Assembly (NCBI GenBank): GCA_964252035.1
Contig: OZ176200.1
DNA length: 64,000 nt
Strand: one strand, 5' to 3'
From: Podarcis erhardii
Lineage: Eukaryota
Shown: one piece after another, positions 10,219-19,560 of the stretch
Layout: each line of letters starts with the position of its first letter
Position numbering within the stretch: position 1 is the first letter of the stretch
The notes under the pieces: model-generated
The model's input: the letters and a program-made list of their open reading frames with translations, nothing else
Database searches by the model: none
Told to the model about the DNA's origin: nothing
Program-made: the position numbers and the translations under genes

Positions 10219-12748
10219 GATGGAGGCGGACGCAGCGTGCGGGAACCCAGCGAGCACCCTGTGGAGTAGAAACTGCAGCATAACCCTTTCCCCACGTAAT
10301 CAATTTCACTGGTTCACTCCATTCATTGGAGGGTAATATTTTATAGCGGACCAGTGGGGCTGGGAGTATCTCTGTCTGCTGAAAATGCTTCTGGAGGCGA
10401 GTGTAAGATTGATGATCCTGTATGGAAATATTCAAATGGTTGAGAGTAAAGAGAACACTGGCCAACCAGGCTTCTTTTTCAGAAAGCGAGGCTGGGATTC
10501 CGGCCTTCTTTTCCTGCCGGATTAAAGCAGTTTTTAAAGTGCGGTTAGCACGTTCAACAATGGCTTGGCCTTGAGAATTATAAGGGATGCCAAATAAATG
10601 GTGAATATTCCAAGTCTCACAAAACTGAGCAAAGCTTTTTGCACAATATGCTGGGGCATTGTCAGTTTTTAAAGAATGGGGCTTGCCCATGACTGACATA
10701 GTACGAACAAGGTGATTGCAAACATGCTTAACTTGCTCACCCCTTTGAGGGGTGGCCCAAATATAACCTGAGAAGGTATCAATGCAGACATGTATAAACT
10801 TCCAAGGTGAAAAGGGGGCAAAGTGAGTTACATCCATTTGCCACAACTGGTTGGCTTCCAGCCCACGGGGATTGACACCAGGGCTAGGGTGGCCAATCTG
10901 ATTAGAGCATTGAGGACATTGTTGGATAATTGCACGAGCCGCTTCCAACGGGATGTGGAATTGGCGGCTTAGAGCTTTCGCATTTTGATGGTGGAAAGCG
11001 TGACTTTCAATGGGGGAGACAGGCAAAACCCTGAGCAAAGAGTCTGCTTTTGCATTACCATCATTGAGGAAACCTGGGAAAGGTTGGTGGGAGCGAATGT
11101 GCACCACAAAAAGTGGATGGGAGCGATTGGAAATAAGCAATTGTAAAGACAAAAAAAGGCTCAATAAATTGTCATCCAATGAAGGACTTACATAACTGCC
11201 TTGTAGGCGGGTTATGACATTTGCGACATAAAGACTGTCCACAATCAAATTAAATGGCTGTTTGGAGAAATGGTGCAAGGCCTTGACAGCGGCTGCCAAC
11301 TCAGAACGCTGGGCAGACTTTTGTGGAAGAGTGTAAAGGCTTTGCCATTCCCCATTCTGTTGCCACGCGACTACTCCCCTGGAGGGGGCTCCGTCAGTGA
11401 AGACAGTAGGGGCATCCAAAGGGACAGGAGATAATATGGAAGAAAAAGATAGGGAAATTTGTTTGCTCATTTGCAGGCGAGGGTCGGCTGGGATATGGCA
11501 ACCCACTTGGCCGACAAACTCAGCTAAAGCACACTGCAAATCCATACTATTGGAGAGAGCAGTTTCCCATTGTTCCAGGGGCATGGGCACAATTATTTGG
11601 TTGCAATCAACGCCAAAGAGGCTTTTGCAGCGACGGCGTCCCTTGCTGATGAGCTGAGCAAGGAGATCCACTAAAGGAGTTACCGTGTTCTTTGGTGTAT
11701 GATGTAAATACAGCCATTCAATTATATGAACTTTTGATGGGCCTAACTGAATAATGGCTGCAAAGGGTTGGACAGAGTCCGTCATTATGACCACACCGGG
11801 CAAAACATTAAGGATTGCTCGATCAACCCAGTGGAGGCGCATAAGTTCCTTTAACTGGGCAACAGTCTGCTGTTGAGAAGAGGTCAAGATAATTTTAGCA
11901 CCAGGAGAATGGTGGCCTTTTAAGGCTGAAAAAAGTGGCCGTAAAACTTCAAGAGGGATTTTAAAATAGGGTCTTATCCAGTTGATGTTGCCCAGCAATT
12001 GCTGCAGCTGGACATATTTCATTGTTTTTGGGATATGTAATTCGGGGACTATAGGAATGGAATAGCTAGCTATCATTTTGTGCCCCAAATAATGAAAGGG
12101 GGAGGATTCCTGGACTTTCTCTGGGGCGATATGCAAACCATAAAGTGACAAACAAGTTATCAAATCCTGTTTCCATTGAGGGGGGAGGCTTGGCCCGCTG
12201 ATGAGCAGGTCATCAGTATAATGATAAATCAGGAGATGTGGATACCGAAGGCGAAAGGGCTGGAGGGCTTGATTCACATAATATTGGCACATGGTAGGGG
12301 AGTTCAACATTCCTTGCGGCAAAACCTTCCATTGGAATCTTTCTGTTGGCTGGCTATTATTTAATACAGGAACAGTGAAGGCAAAAAATTTACGATCCTT
12401 CTCCTGTAGGGGAATGGAGAAGAAGCAATCTTGCAAATCTATAATAGCCAATTGATAGGAATGTGGAATCGCATTTGGATTAGGCAGACCACACTGCAAA
12501 GGCCCCATGGGTTCAAGGATCTGGTTTATTTTCCGGAGGTCTTGGAGAAATCTCCACTTTCCGCTTTTCTTTCGTATGACAAAGACAGGGGTATTAAAGG
12601 GGCTTACAGAAGGCTCTATGTGGTCAGCCAATAATTGTTGATTCACCAGATTCTTTAAAGCAATGAGTTTCTCGCCCGTGATGGGCCATTGTTCCACCCA
12701 TATCGGACTGGTAGATTTCCAGGTAAGGGGAAGCGCAAGCTTACTCAT
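10106..12748 (-). CDS. pol: Retroviral Pol (RT-RNase H-integrase), uninterrupted 880 aa
   Basis: PLTWK, LQDLR, LPQG, YTDD; RNase H FTDGA/SELAA/VDSLY; IN H-H-C-C, WQMD, KTDN, IVER, WGKGYA. Confidence 0.97.
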   Translation of the reverse strand: MSKLALPLTWKSTSPIWVEQWPITGEKLIALKNLVNQQLLADHIEPSVSPFNTPVFVIRKKSGKWRFLQDLRKINQILEPMGPLQCGLPNPNAIPHSYQLAIIDLQDCFFSIPLQEKDRKFFAFTVPVLNNSQPTERFQWKVLPQGMLNSPTMCQYYVNQALQPFRLRYPHLLIYHYTDDLLISGPSLPPQWKQDLITCLSLYGLHIAPEKVQESSPFHYLGHKMIASYSIPIVPELHIPKTMKYVQLQQLLGNINWIRPYFKIPLEVLRPLFSALKGHHSPGAKIILTSSQQQTVAQLKELMRLHWVDRAILNVLPGVVIMTDSVQPFAAIIQLGPSKVHIIEWLYLHHTPKNTVTPLVDLLAQLISKGRRRCKSLFGVDCNQIIVPMPLEQWETALSNSMDLQCALAEFVGQVGCHIPADPRLQMSKQISLSFSSILSPVPLDAPTVFTDGAPSRGVVAWQQNGEWQSLYTLPQKSAQRSELAAAVKALHHFSKQPFNLIVDSLYVANVITRLQGSYVSPSLDDNLLSLFLSLQLLISNRSHPLFVVHIRSHQPFPGFLNDGNAKADSLLRVLPVSPIESHAFHHQNAKALSRQFHIPLEAARAIIQQCPQCSNQIGHPSPGVNPRGLEANQLWQMDVTHFAPFSPWKFIHVCIDTFSGYIWATPQRGEQVKHVCNHLVRTMSVMGKPHSLKTDNAPAYCAKSFAQFCETWNIHHLFGIPYNSQGQAIVERANRTLKTALIRQEKKAGIPASLSEKEAWLASVLFTLNHLNISIQDHQSYTRLQKHFQQTEILPAPLVRYKILPSNEWSEPVKLITWGKGYAAVSTPQGARWVPARCVRLHHGLATGSAESNTAVRRSAADHPGCDARSPQDSQAGKP

Positions 12749-13523
12749 TAAATTGAATGGAAGCTTGTAATTGTTGCAATAAATCTCTTCCCCACAGATT
12801 GAGGTGGATTTTTAGCACACAGGGCTGAATAAATGCAATGGTATCAGAGCTATCAGGCAGAGAAACAGGCAGCCATTGTACGCTTTTGGAAGAATTTTGT
12901 GGGCCACCCACACCCCAGACTGCAGAGGCAGGCTCAAGGGGCCACGTGGGGTCCCAACAATTACTGGAAATTACAGAAATGTCCGCGCCAGTATCAATCA
13001 AGCCCTCCAGAACTTTGCCATTAATTTTATACTTACGAAGAATTTTTTGGTCACCGATCCTCTGGATTACAGCTAATAACTGTGGAGAGAGAGAAGAGAG
13101 CTGGTGCAAATTACTATCCATAATAGAAGCAGTAGGAGGGGTAGGAAGCACTACCAAATGTGCCCAGGAGTCACCCTTTTTTAACTGCATGGGCATATGG
13201 CTCCAAAGTTGAAGCATTATTGTGCCCACATAGTCAGGATCCAAGGCTGCAGGAATAACCATGATTCCTTCTTTGGCTGCAGAAGATTTCGGCAAAATCA
13301 AACCTGCGACCTTGGGAGGTAGTGGACCTGCAAGTTGGGTGGGCATGAGCACGATTTCACCAGGCAAAACAGAGTCTTTGGATTCCTGATTAATTAAATC
13401 AATGGTGAAATCTGAGGGTATCTCCTTAGGAAAAGCATCAATGGTGGTAGCCGATGGCAATGGGCCCTCTAATTCTCGTGGCCCGAGGGCGGGGCCAGCA
13501 TGGAGTTTCCCGAACTCCTGCAC
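12741..13523 (-). CDS. pro: Retroviral Pro: degenerate dUTPase-like domain plus aspartyl protease (entered by -1 frameshift at ~13505)
   Basis: GLILPKSS / LDPDYVGTI dUTPase-like motifs; LIDTGAD active site and LWGRDLL; no G-patch. Confidence 0.94.
   Translation of the reverse strand: MQEFGKLHAGPALGPRELEGPLPSATTIDAFPKEIPSDFTIDLINQESKDSVLPGEIVLMPTQLAGPLPPKVAGLILPKSSAAKEGIMVIPAALDPDYVGTIMLQLWSHMPMQLKKGDSWAHLVVLPTPPTASIMDSNLHQLSSLSPQLLAVIQRIGDQKILRKYKINGKVLEGLIDTGADISVISSNCWDPTWPLEPASAVWGVGGPQNSSKSVQWLPVSLPDSSDTIAFIQPCVLKIHLNLWGRDLLQQLQASIQFNE
13464..13511 (-). promoter_or_regulatory. gag-pro -1 ribosomal frameshift signal: G GGA AAC + 7-nt spacer + H-type pseudoknot
   Basis: Slippery heptamer 13505-13511 in gag frame; stem1 TGGCCC/GGGCCA, stem2 GCCCTC/GAGGGC, loops 1 and 9 nt; pro frame is -1 to gag. 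Confidence 0.9.
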
Positions 13524-14943
13524 TGATTAGCCCAATGATAGCCTTTACCGCACTTTGGGCATTTCTTGGAGGGTTTAGCCTTATTGGCAGTACCATCCCT
13601 GTGCGCCCCACCGCCAGGTGCCCTGCATTCTTTTGCAAAATGACCAGGGCGCTTGCAATTAAAACAGTTACCAGTTGGTTTATTGCCAGCCTGGATGGCA
13701 CCGGCAAGCAAGGACATGGCATGGCTCTGGCTTCCAATGTCCGCACAGGCTTGAATCATCTGCGCCAGATCATATTTTGGGCGATTAGTGATCGACTGCA
13801 AAGCCTTCTTACAGTCAATGTTCGCATTTTCAAACGCCAATTTTTTCATCAATTCATTCTGGGCTGTAGTATTATCAACCTGCCTGGTCACTGCTTCTTT
13901 CAATCTATCTATAAATTGGTGGTAGGGCTCTGAATTAAGTTGTTTAATATTAACAAAAGAGCTCAGCGGCTGCCCTGAGACAGGGACTTTTCGAAAGGCG
14001 CGCTGTACGCAAGTCGCGGTGCGGCTAAAATGTGCAGGCGTCAGCGTCGCCTGGGCTGTTATATTATCAAAAAGACCGGCACCATAAAGTTCATTAGCTG
14101 TATGCTGGGCATCAGACAGGGCTGAAGCACTAAGCCGAAATTCACTATCAAAGACAACATACTGGGCTGGTGAGAGCAACATGCGCATTAAATCCTTCCA
14201 ATCTTGGGGCAGCATGGTATAACCAGACGCAATCCCCTCCAGCATCCCTGTGACATAGGAGGATTTTAAGCCAGAATCAGCAATGGCCCTCCTCAATTCT
14301 CTCAATACAGAATAAGGAAGGGTTTCATAAAACACCTGTTGTTGAGCATTTCCTGCGTTTGCATAGGTGATAGGGAAGGCAGATGGCATTTCCCCCGCCC
14401 ACTCAGATTCTTCCTGCAAGGACAAAAGCCCCTTCTGTCTTGCCTGAGAAAGTGCAGCACGCACGGCTCCAGTAGGAGCAGGCAAAGAAGGAGGGGGGGA
14501 AAGGGGGATGGGGGGGTGGAAGCAGGTTGAGATGGAGGAGAAGCAGGGGGGGGTTTGCCGGGCTGCAAAGGAGAAGGAGGCAGGAGCTGTGGAGAAGTGG
14601 GATAAGGGGGGGGATTGTCTGCTGCAGGCAGGAGAGCAGGGGCCGAAGGAGACGCCTGGGGGACCTGGGGTCCAAACTTTGCAACGGCCTCTGCACATTT
14701 CTGCCAGGTAAGCAGACAATGAATCGGAGCCCTCGGTTCTGCAAAGAGGGTCTTTCCGATCTTTTGCCAAGTCTCCACATCGAGAGAGCCAGTCTCAGGA
14801 TAGAAAAGACATTGGCGATTAATTTCACAAATGAGGTGTTCAATTTCTTTTAAGGAAACATGAGCACCCACAACCCGCTGTCTAACTAAAGAGAACAATT
14901 CCCTAGCATGTTTTTTCTGCAATTTAGTTAAATCGCCGCCCAT
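13469..14943 (-). CDS. gag: Retroviral Gag (MA-late domains-CA-NC), interrupted by one 1-nt frame break in G-runs at ~14493-14553; ~491 aa if repaired
   Basis: MGGDL start (Gly2), PSAP and PPPY, MHR-like QLNSEPYHQFIDRL, two CCHC knuckles CFNCKRPGHFAKEC and CPKCGKGYHWANQC; pieces in track ORFs 14302-15051 and 13469-14770. Confidence 0.95.
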
Positions 14944-14949
14944 ACTCAC
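14944..14949 (-). promoter_or_regulatory. Candidate major splice donor GTGAGT immediately 5' of gag ATG
   Basis: Consensus intronic hexamer; exon side (TTC) is weak; would pair with env acceptor at 10259. Confidence 0.55.
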
Positions 14950-15054
14950 GAAGTAGCGCGCTTTGACTTTTCCAGTCGAGTGAAGTACAGGGGCTGGGCT
15001 GCGTAAGGGATCTGGCACGTCCGGGGTCACCAGATGCACGTCCGGGGTCACCAG

Positions 15055-15072
15055 ATCACGTCGGGGTCACCA
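15055..15072 (-). promoter_or_regulatory. Primer binding site, tRNA-Trp (TGGTGACCCCGACGTGAT)
   Basis: 18 nt, 2 nt after LTR end (CA-TC-TGG); matches the known ASLV/RSV tRNA-Trp PBS sequence; two variant copies follow (15015-15053). Confidence 0.93.
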
Positions 15073-15074
15073 GA

Positions 15075-15668
15075 TGTAGGAATGAAAATCACGGGAGACG
15101 AGCAGTGGGTGTCACGAGAGGCGTCTGCCGGGAAGTCCCGGGAACTCTCTTTTATTGAATATTACAAACATTGCCACAGGTGTGCTTGTGGCTGATTGGT
15201 TGATACAAACACAAAGAAACTCGTTGCTTATTGGTTAATGCAAATGCAAGGCGGGAATTACATGTGAGGGGTGGGAATTACATGTGAACATTAATCACTG
15301 GTAGATTAAAGGCTGGGAGACGAGGTTGGGACTAGACAAGCATGAAACCTCCTAATTAATAATAACTAAAGATTAATATGGCATAAAACAATTACTAATG
15401 ATTGATCATAACATGAAAGAATACAATAATCAAGTTCTATAGATGTGGTCAGTTATGCATGGAGAACGAGTCACCATGAACTTAAGGTGAACTGAGCGAT
15501 GAGGGAATGTCTTGGTGTTTGGAACAGGTTCGTACAGTGTGTGCAGAAACAGAGAAAAGATTATAAGCAAGACTTCCCAAAATGCAAGAGAAAAGAAGCA
15601 ATGCTTCCCATAAGGCCACAGTTATGTGCAGAGGGAAAACATATGTGCAGAAGGAAAACTTCCCTTTA
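15075..15668 (-). repeat. 5' LTR of provirus (594 bp)
   Basis: Identical by eye to 7968-8561 except G15404 vs T8297; adjacent to PBS; minus-strand termini TA...CA. Confidence 0.97.
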
Positions 15669-15674
15669 AACGTG
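15669..15674. repeat. Target-site duplication AACGTG (right)
   Basis: Matches 7962-7967. Confidence 0.93.
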
Positions 15675-15767
15675 GATGTGACTTTAGTGCCCCCAGTCTC
15701 AAACTTGTTGTTCAGAGGCAACTGTACCACATCCAGATTGCACATTTCCCACAATCCACCACAGAGA

Positions 15768-16148
15768 TGTTGTTGTTGTTTAGTCGTTTAGTCACGTCCG
15801 ACTCTTTGTGACCCCATGGACCAGAGCACGCCAGGAACTCCTGTCTTCCGCTGCCTCCCGCAGTTTGGTCAAACTCATGCTGATAGCTTCGAGAATACTG
15901 TCCAACCATCTCGTCCTCTGTTGTCCCCTTCTCCTTGTGCCCTCCATCTTTCCCAACATCCAGGGTCTTTTCCAGGAAGTCTTCTCTTCTCATGAGGTGG
16001 CCAAAGTATTGGAGCCTCAGCTTCAGGATCTGTCCTTCCAGTGAGTACTCAGGGCAGATTTCCTTCAGAATGGATAGGTTTGATCTTCTTGCAGTCCATG
16101 GGACTCTCAAGAGTCTCCTCCAGCACCATAATTCAAAAGCATCAATTC
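15768..16148 (-). mobile_element. Bov-B (RTE) LINE 3' fragment
   Basis: (CAA)n tail; translation RVPWTARRSN...YFGHLMRR typical of Bov-B RT C-terminus. Confidence 0.9.
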
Positions 16149-17973
16149 CTTAGGGTTTTTTTTTCATGTTGAGCTTCAGACCATAACCACAGAGATAGGG
16201 ATGTTTAAAAACCTTATAAGCATTAAAAAAATACTCCCAGAAATGTTGCTGGGGACAATTCCCTACCTCAAGCTAAATTCTAATGCATCTCAGGGTAGTG
16301 CATGTTTTGGTGTCAGGAAAGGCACTTAAGTAAGTCTGCTTCACCAGAGCAGATTTTATGTGGAATACTCTATTCCCATATTTATCCTAATACTTTCCAT
16401 TGGCCCAAACAAAGCACAGCAAACACAGGAGTCAGCAGGGGGATTTCTTGGGACTTTTTCTTTCCCATGTTCTTTTGGGTGTCCCATATTCTGTGTGGGG
16501 TCTGCAGGTCAGATATTTTTTGGGGGGAGGGCAAGTTTACACCATTGTAGTAGCTGGGACAACCCCCCTTCCCAACCCATGCCTCCCTCCAAGATTCAGC
16601 TGTCATTTAGGGTGTGTGTGTTTTTTTAAAGGCTGGAGTATATATATATATATATATGTATAAAAAAAGAAAATATGCTAATCGTTTTCCAACAGCTCAT
16701 TAGCATATTAACTAGGAGGAGCTTTTTACAAGAAGGCAGCAGTAAGCCAAGTAAGATCACAACTTAAAGGTAAGGACTTTTTAAAAAAATAATAATTAAC
16801 ATGCGAAAAAATAATCCTAAGACTGTTGGAGCAATTGCTGCCCCTATGCATTTGATCAGCGCTTCTTGTTTTGCATTGCATGTAACCAAATGGTTGATGA
16901 TGAATGCCAGGTAAATGGGACTTGCAGGTGTTGGGCAGAGCTTTTGTGCCTCGAGGTCCTGGCACCCAAACGGTGTCCTTCAAACTGGAACAGAAAGTTG
17001 AGGCTCTTTGCTACTCTTGTCCTTTCTCAGTTTTGCATGAAAGTTCCGCTGCCCTGCTTTTTCCCTCCCTTCCCTTTCTCTAGTGACAACACCTCGAAAA
17101 GTCAAATACACTTTATAGTTCTGGCCTTTAGTTAATCGCATTTGATGCCTGGTAATTAACGGGAGCATTTTCTTCTTACGTTGGGACATGTACTGCTAAA
17201 ATTCATTTACCAGCTACAAAGGAGAGGGAGAGCTGTTTGTGTTTTTTTCATCTGAACTAGCATTAACCCAAGGCTCAGAAAAGAGAGAGGCAGTCATTGA
17301 ATCACAATGATTATTGGGGGCTCAGATCTAAATAATCTCCGTGCACTTGGATGCATATTTCCTTTTGAGTCATAGCCAAAAGTTATTCGAGTTGCTTACA
17401 AAAACTCTTTCTTCATCTTACACCGAATCCCTTAGCAAATCCTCAAATATCTTTGCAAATCTCAAAGATATTAAGGCATTTAACTCCCTCACCCTACCTC
17501 CTCCCATTCAGACCTTTGATGCCTGGTGTGACTAGAATGATTTTAGAGTTGTAACTCATAGCCTGAATAAGAAATTAAGGGAAGCACTTTGCAAAAAGAT
17601 AAAAAAGGGAGGGGGAAGTAGCTAGTACAATATCTAATTACTTATAGATTTTAAGTCAAATTTGAACAAGATAAATATTTAAATAAAAGGTACAATCATT
17701 TAGAGTTGCTGCTAGCCACCCCCACCCCACCGGCGAGGGTACATTTCTGAATTCAGTAGATAGCCAAGTAAATGAATTTATTAGGGTTACACATGATTTA
17801 CATCAGTCTATCTAAAAGAAGTCTGGTGTGCCATTTCTATAGGAAGTTCCATTTGTGTAATATGGTTGTGTTATCTAGCTCTCCATGCTATACTTACTGT
17901 TGATAGAAATTCCTGGGTTGTGAGCTAGTGTGATATGATGTGTAGCTGCTTGAGTGACTGACATAAATCTTCT

Positions 17974-18115
17974 AAACAAAACAAATTCCTTCCAGTAGCA
18001 CCTTAAAGACCAACTAAGTCAGTTCTTGGTATGACTTAGTTGGTCTTTAAGGTGCTACTGGAAGGAATTTGTTTTGTTTTGACTATGGCAGACCAACACG
18101 GCTACCTATCTGTAA
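17974..18115. mobile_element. Penelope-like element terminus forming 48-bp perfect inverted repeat
   Basis: Arms 17974-18021 and 18032-18079, 10-nt loop; same family at 45781 and 52735; family assignment from recall. Confidence 0.6.
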
Positions 18116-19511
18116 ATAAATCTTCTAGTATGTGCGGCTGTTTGTCACATGCATTTCAACATGACGACTGTGGCATTCAGTGGTGGTTTGCATATGTGAA
18201 CGAACTATTTCAAATCAATACCAGCCAGATCTTTCATACTAATTCACCTCACCTCACACACATATTAGAATCATGTTACCTATACCATTTTTTGATTTTC
18301 AGTAGGCTCATTTTACATACACCACAGTCTGAAGCTGTCTCGTTTCAGTAAACCTAAGTTAAGACTAACCACAGTTTGTCCAAGTTCAGACATAACACCA
18401 AACCGCTGTTAGCTAAAAATGAAAGCATGTTATATCCTTATGACTGCACTTGAGAAGAAGGGAGGAGACAGTTGACAAACCCAGGGCTCATTCATGTAAT
18501 GCTAAGCTATAGTTTAGCATTATATCCTAATAAAAACTCCCACTATTTGCCAATTTTTACATGGGTGCTCTTTTAAAAGGTCTTATATTTAAGCTGTGAT
18601 CTTGGTTGATTTACTTCATGTAAAATTCATCTTCTTTAATTTGCTAATAAGTTCTTGGAAGAACATCAGCTTAATAAATTAATAAGACAGTCTTTTGAAA
18701 GGAGTAACAACTGAGCTTTCTATCTTTTCTAATATGAGTTACCAGCAACATTGGTAACTAACCTAAGCATGGGGGATGAAACTAACCAGTTTCTTTCATT
18801 TGATGGAGAGATTCTGGGCCGGGTGGGTAGGGGCAGGATTGGGGAAGAAATTGTAGCAACAGTAACACAGATCCATTGTAATGAAGACAGAGAAAAGTTA
18901 TGTTATGGCATATCACTTGAGTAAGCTGAAATATTTTCCTGGAGACAGATAACAACAGGACAAGTGGTGTCAACAGAAAAGTGCACTATGTCCATCAGCT
19001 ACAACCTGATGTGTACCTTCACCATTTAAATAATGTATATCTAAATCTGAATCTCCAGGGCATTATCCAGAAAGCCTTTGGTGGCACTGAAAAACCACCA
19101 GTCACTTATCCATGGGGCTGGCAGATGCCCTTGTTTCTAAACTGACTGCTTATAAGCAAAAACAGAAATGCAGTTGCAGGCATTGGCATGAAATCCAACC
19201 CTGTGAAGAAATGGATTTACTTTTTTAAAAGTAGGACCTTGGTATTTGACGTTTAATACTATAATGATCAGCCTTTAAGCTGGATGCAACACCAGAGATC
19301 ATGCAGCTTGACCATTTTCCACGTGGGAGAAAACTTACGCTCTTATTTCTCTAGTCTAACAGCAGCAATTATACAATCATAAAACTATTGTTTACTCACT
19401 TGGGAAGCTGTTTGCACTGAGTCATACCCTCAGTCCACCTAGCTCAAGATTGTCAGTAATGAATGGCAGTGGCCGGTGCAGGATCCTAAGGCAGGAGCCT
19501 AGCCTGGAGAT

Positions 19512-19560
19512 GGTGGTGGTGGTGGTGGTGGTGGTGTGTGTGTGTGTGTGTGTGTGTGTG
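19512..19560 (+). repeat. (GGT)n(GT)n compound microsatellite
   Basis: Direct reading. Confidence 0.9.

Larger units (their letters stand above)
7968..15668 (-). mobile_element. Full-length class II endogenous retrovirus (beta-like gag-pro-pol, alpha/ASLV-like env and PBS), LTR-gag-pro-pol-env-LTR
   Basis: Two 594-bp direct repeats (7968-8561, 15075-15668), flanking AACGTG duplication, PBS, PPT and retroviral gag/pro/pol/env ORFs between them. Confidence 0.98.

Noticed and set aside
8392-14853. Plus-strand (antisense) ORFs over the provirus, e.g. 8392-8835, 13454-13933, 14527-14853
   Set aside because: No motifs; expected shadows of GC-rich coding strands. Antisense genes not excluded but unsupported
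15015-15074. Short tandem repeats resembling a CRISPR-like array
   Set aside because: No spacers, vertebrate context; these are duplicated PBS units
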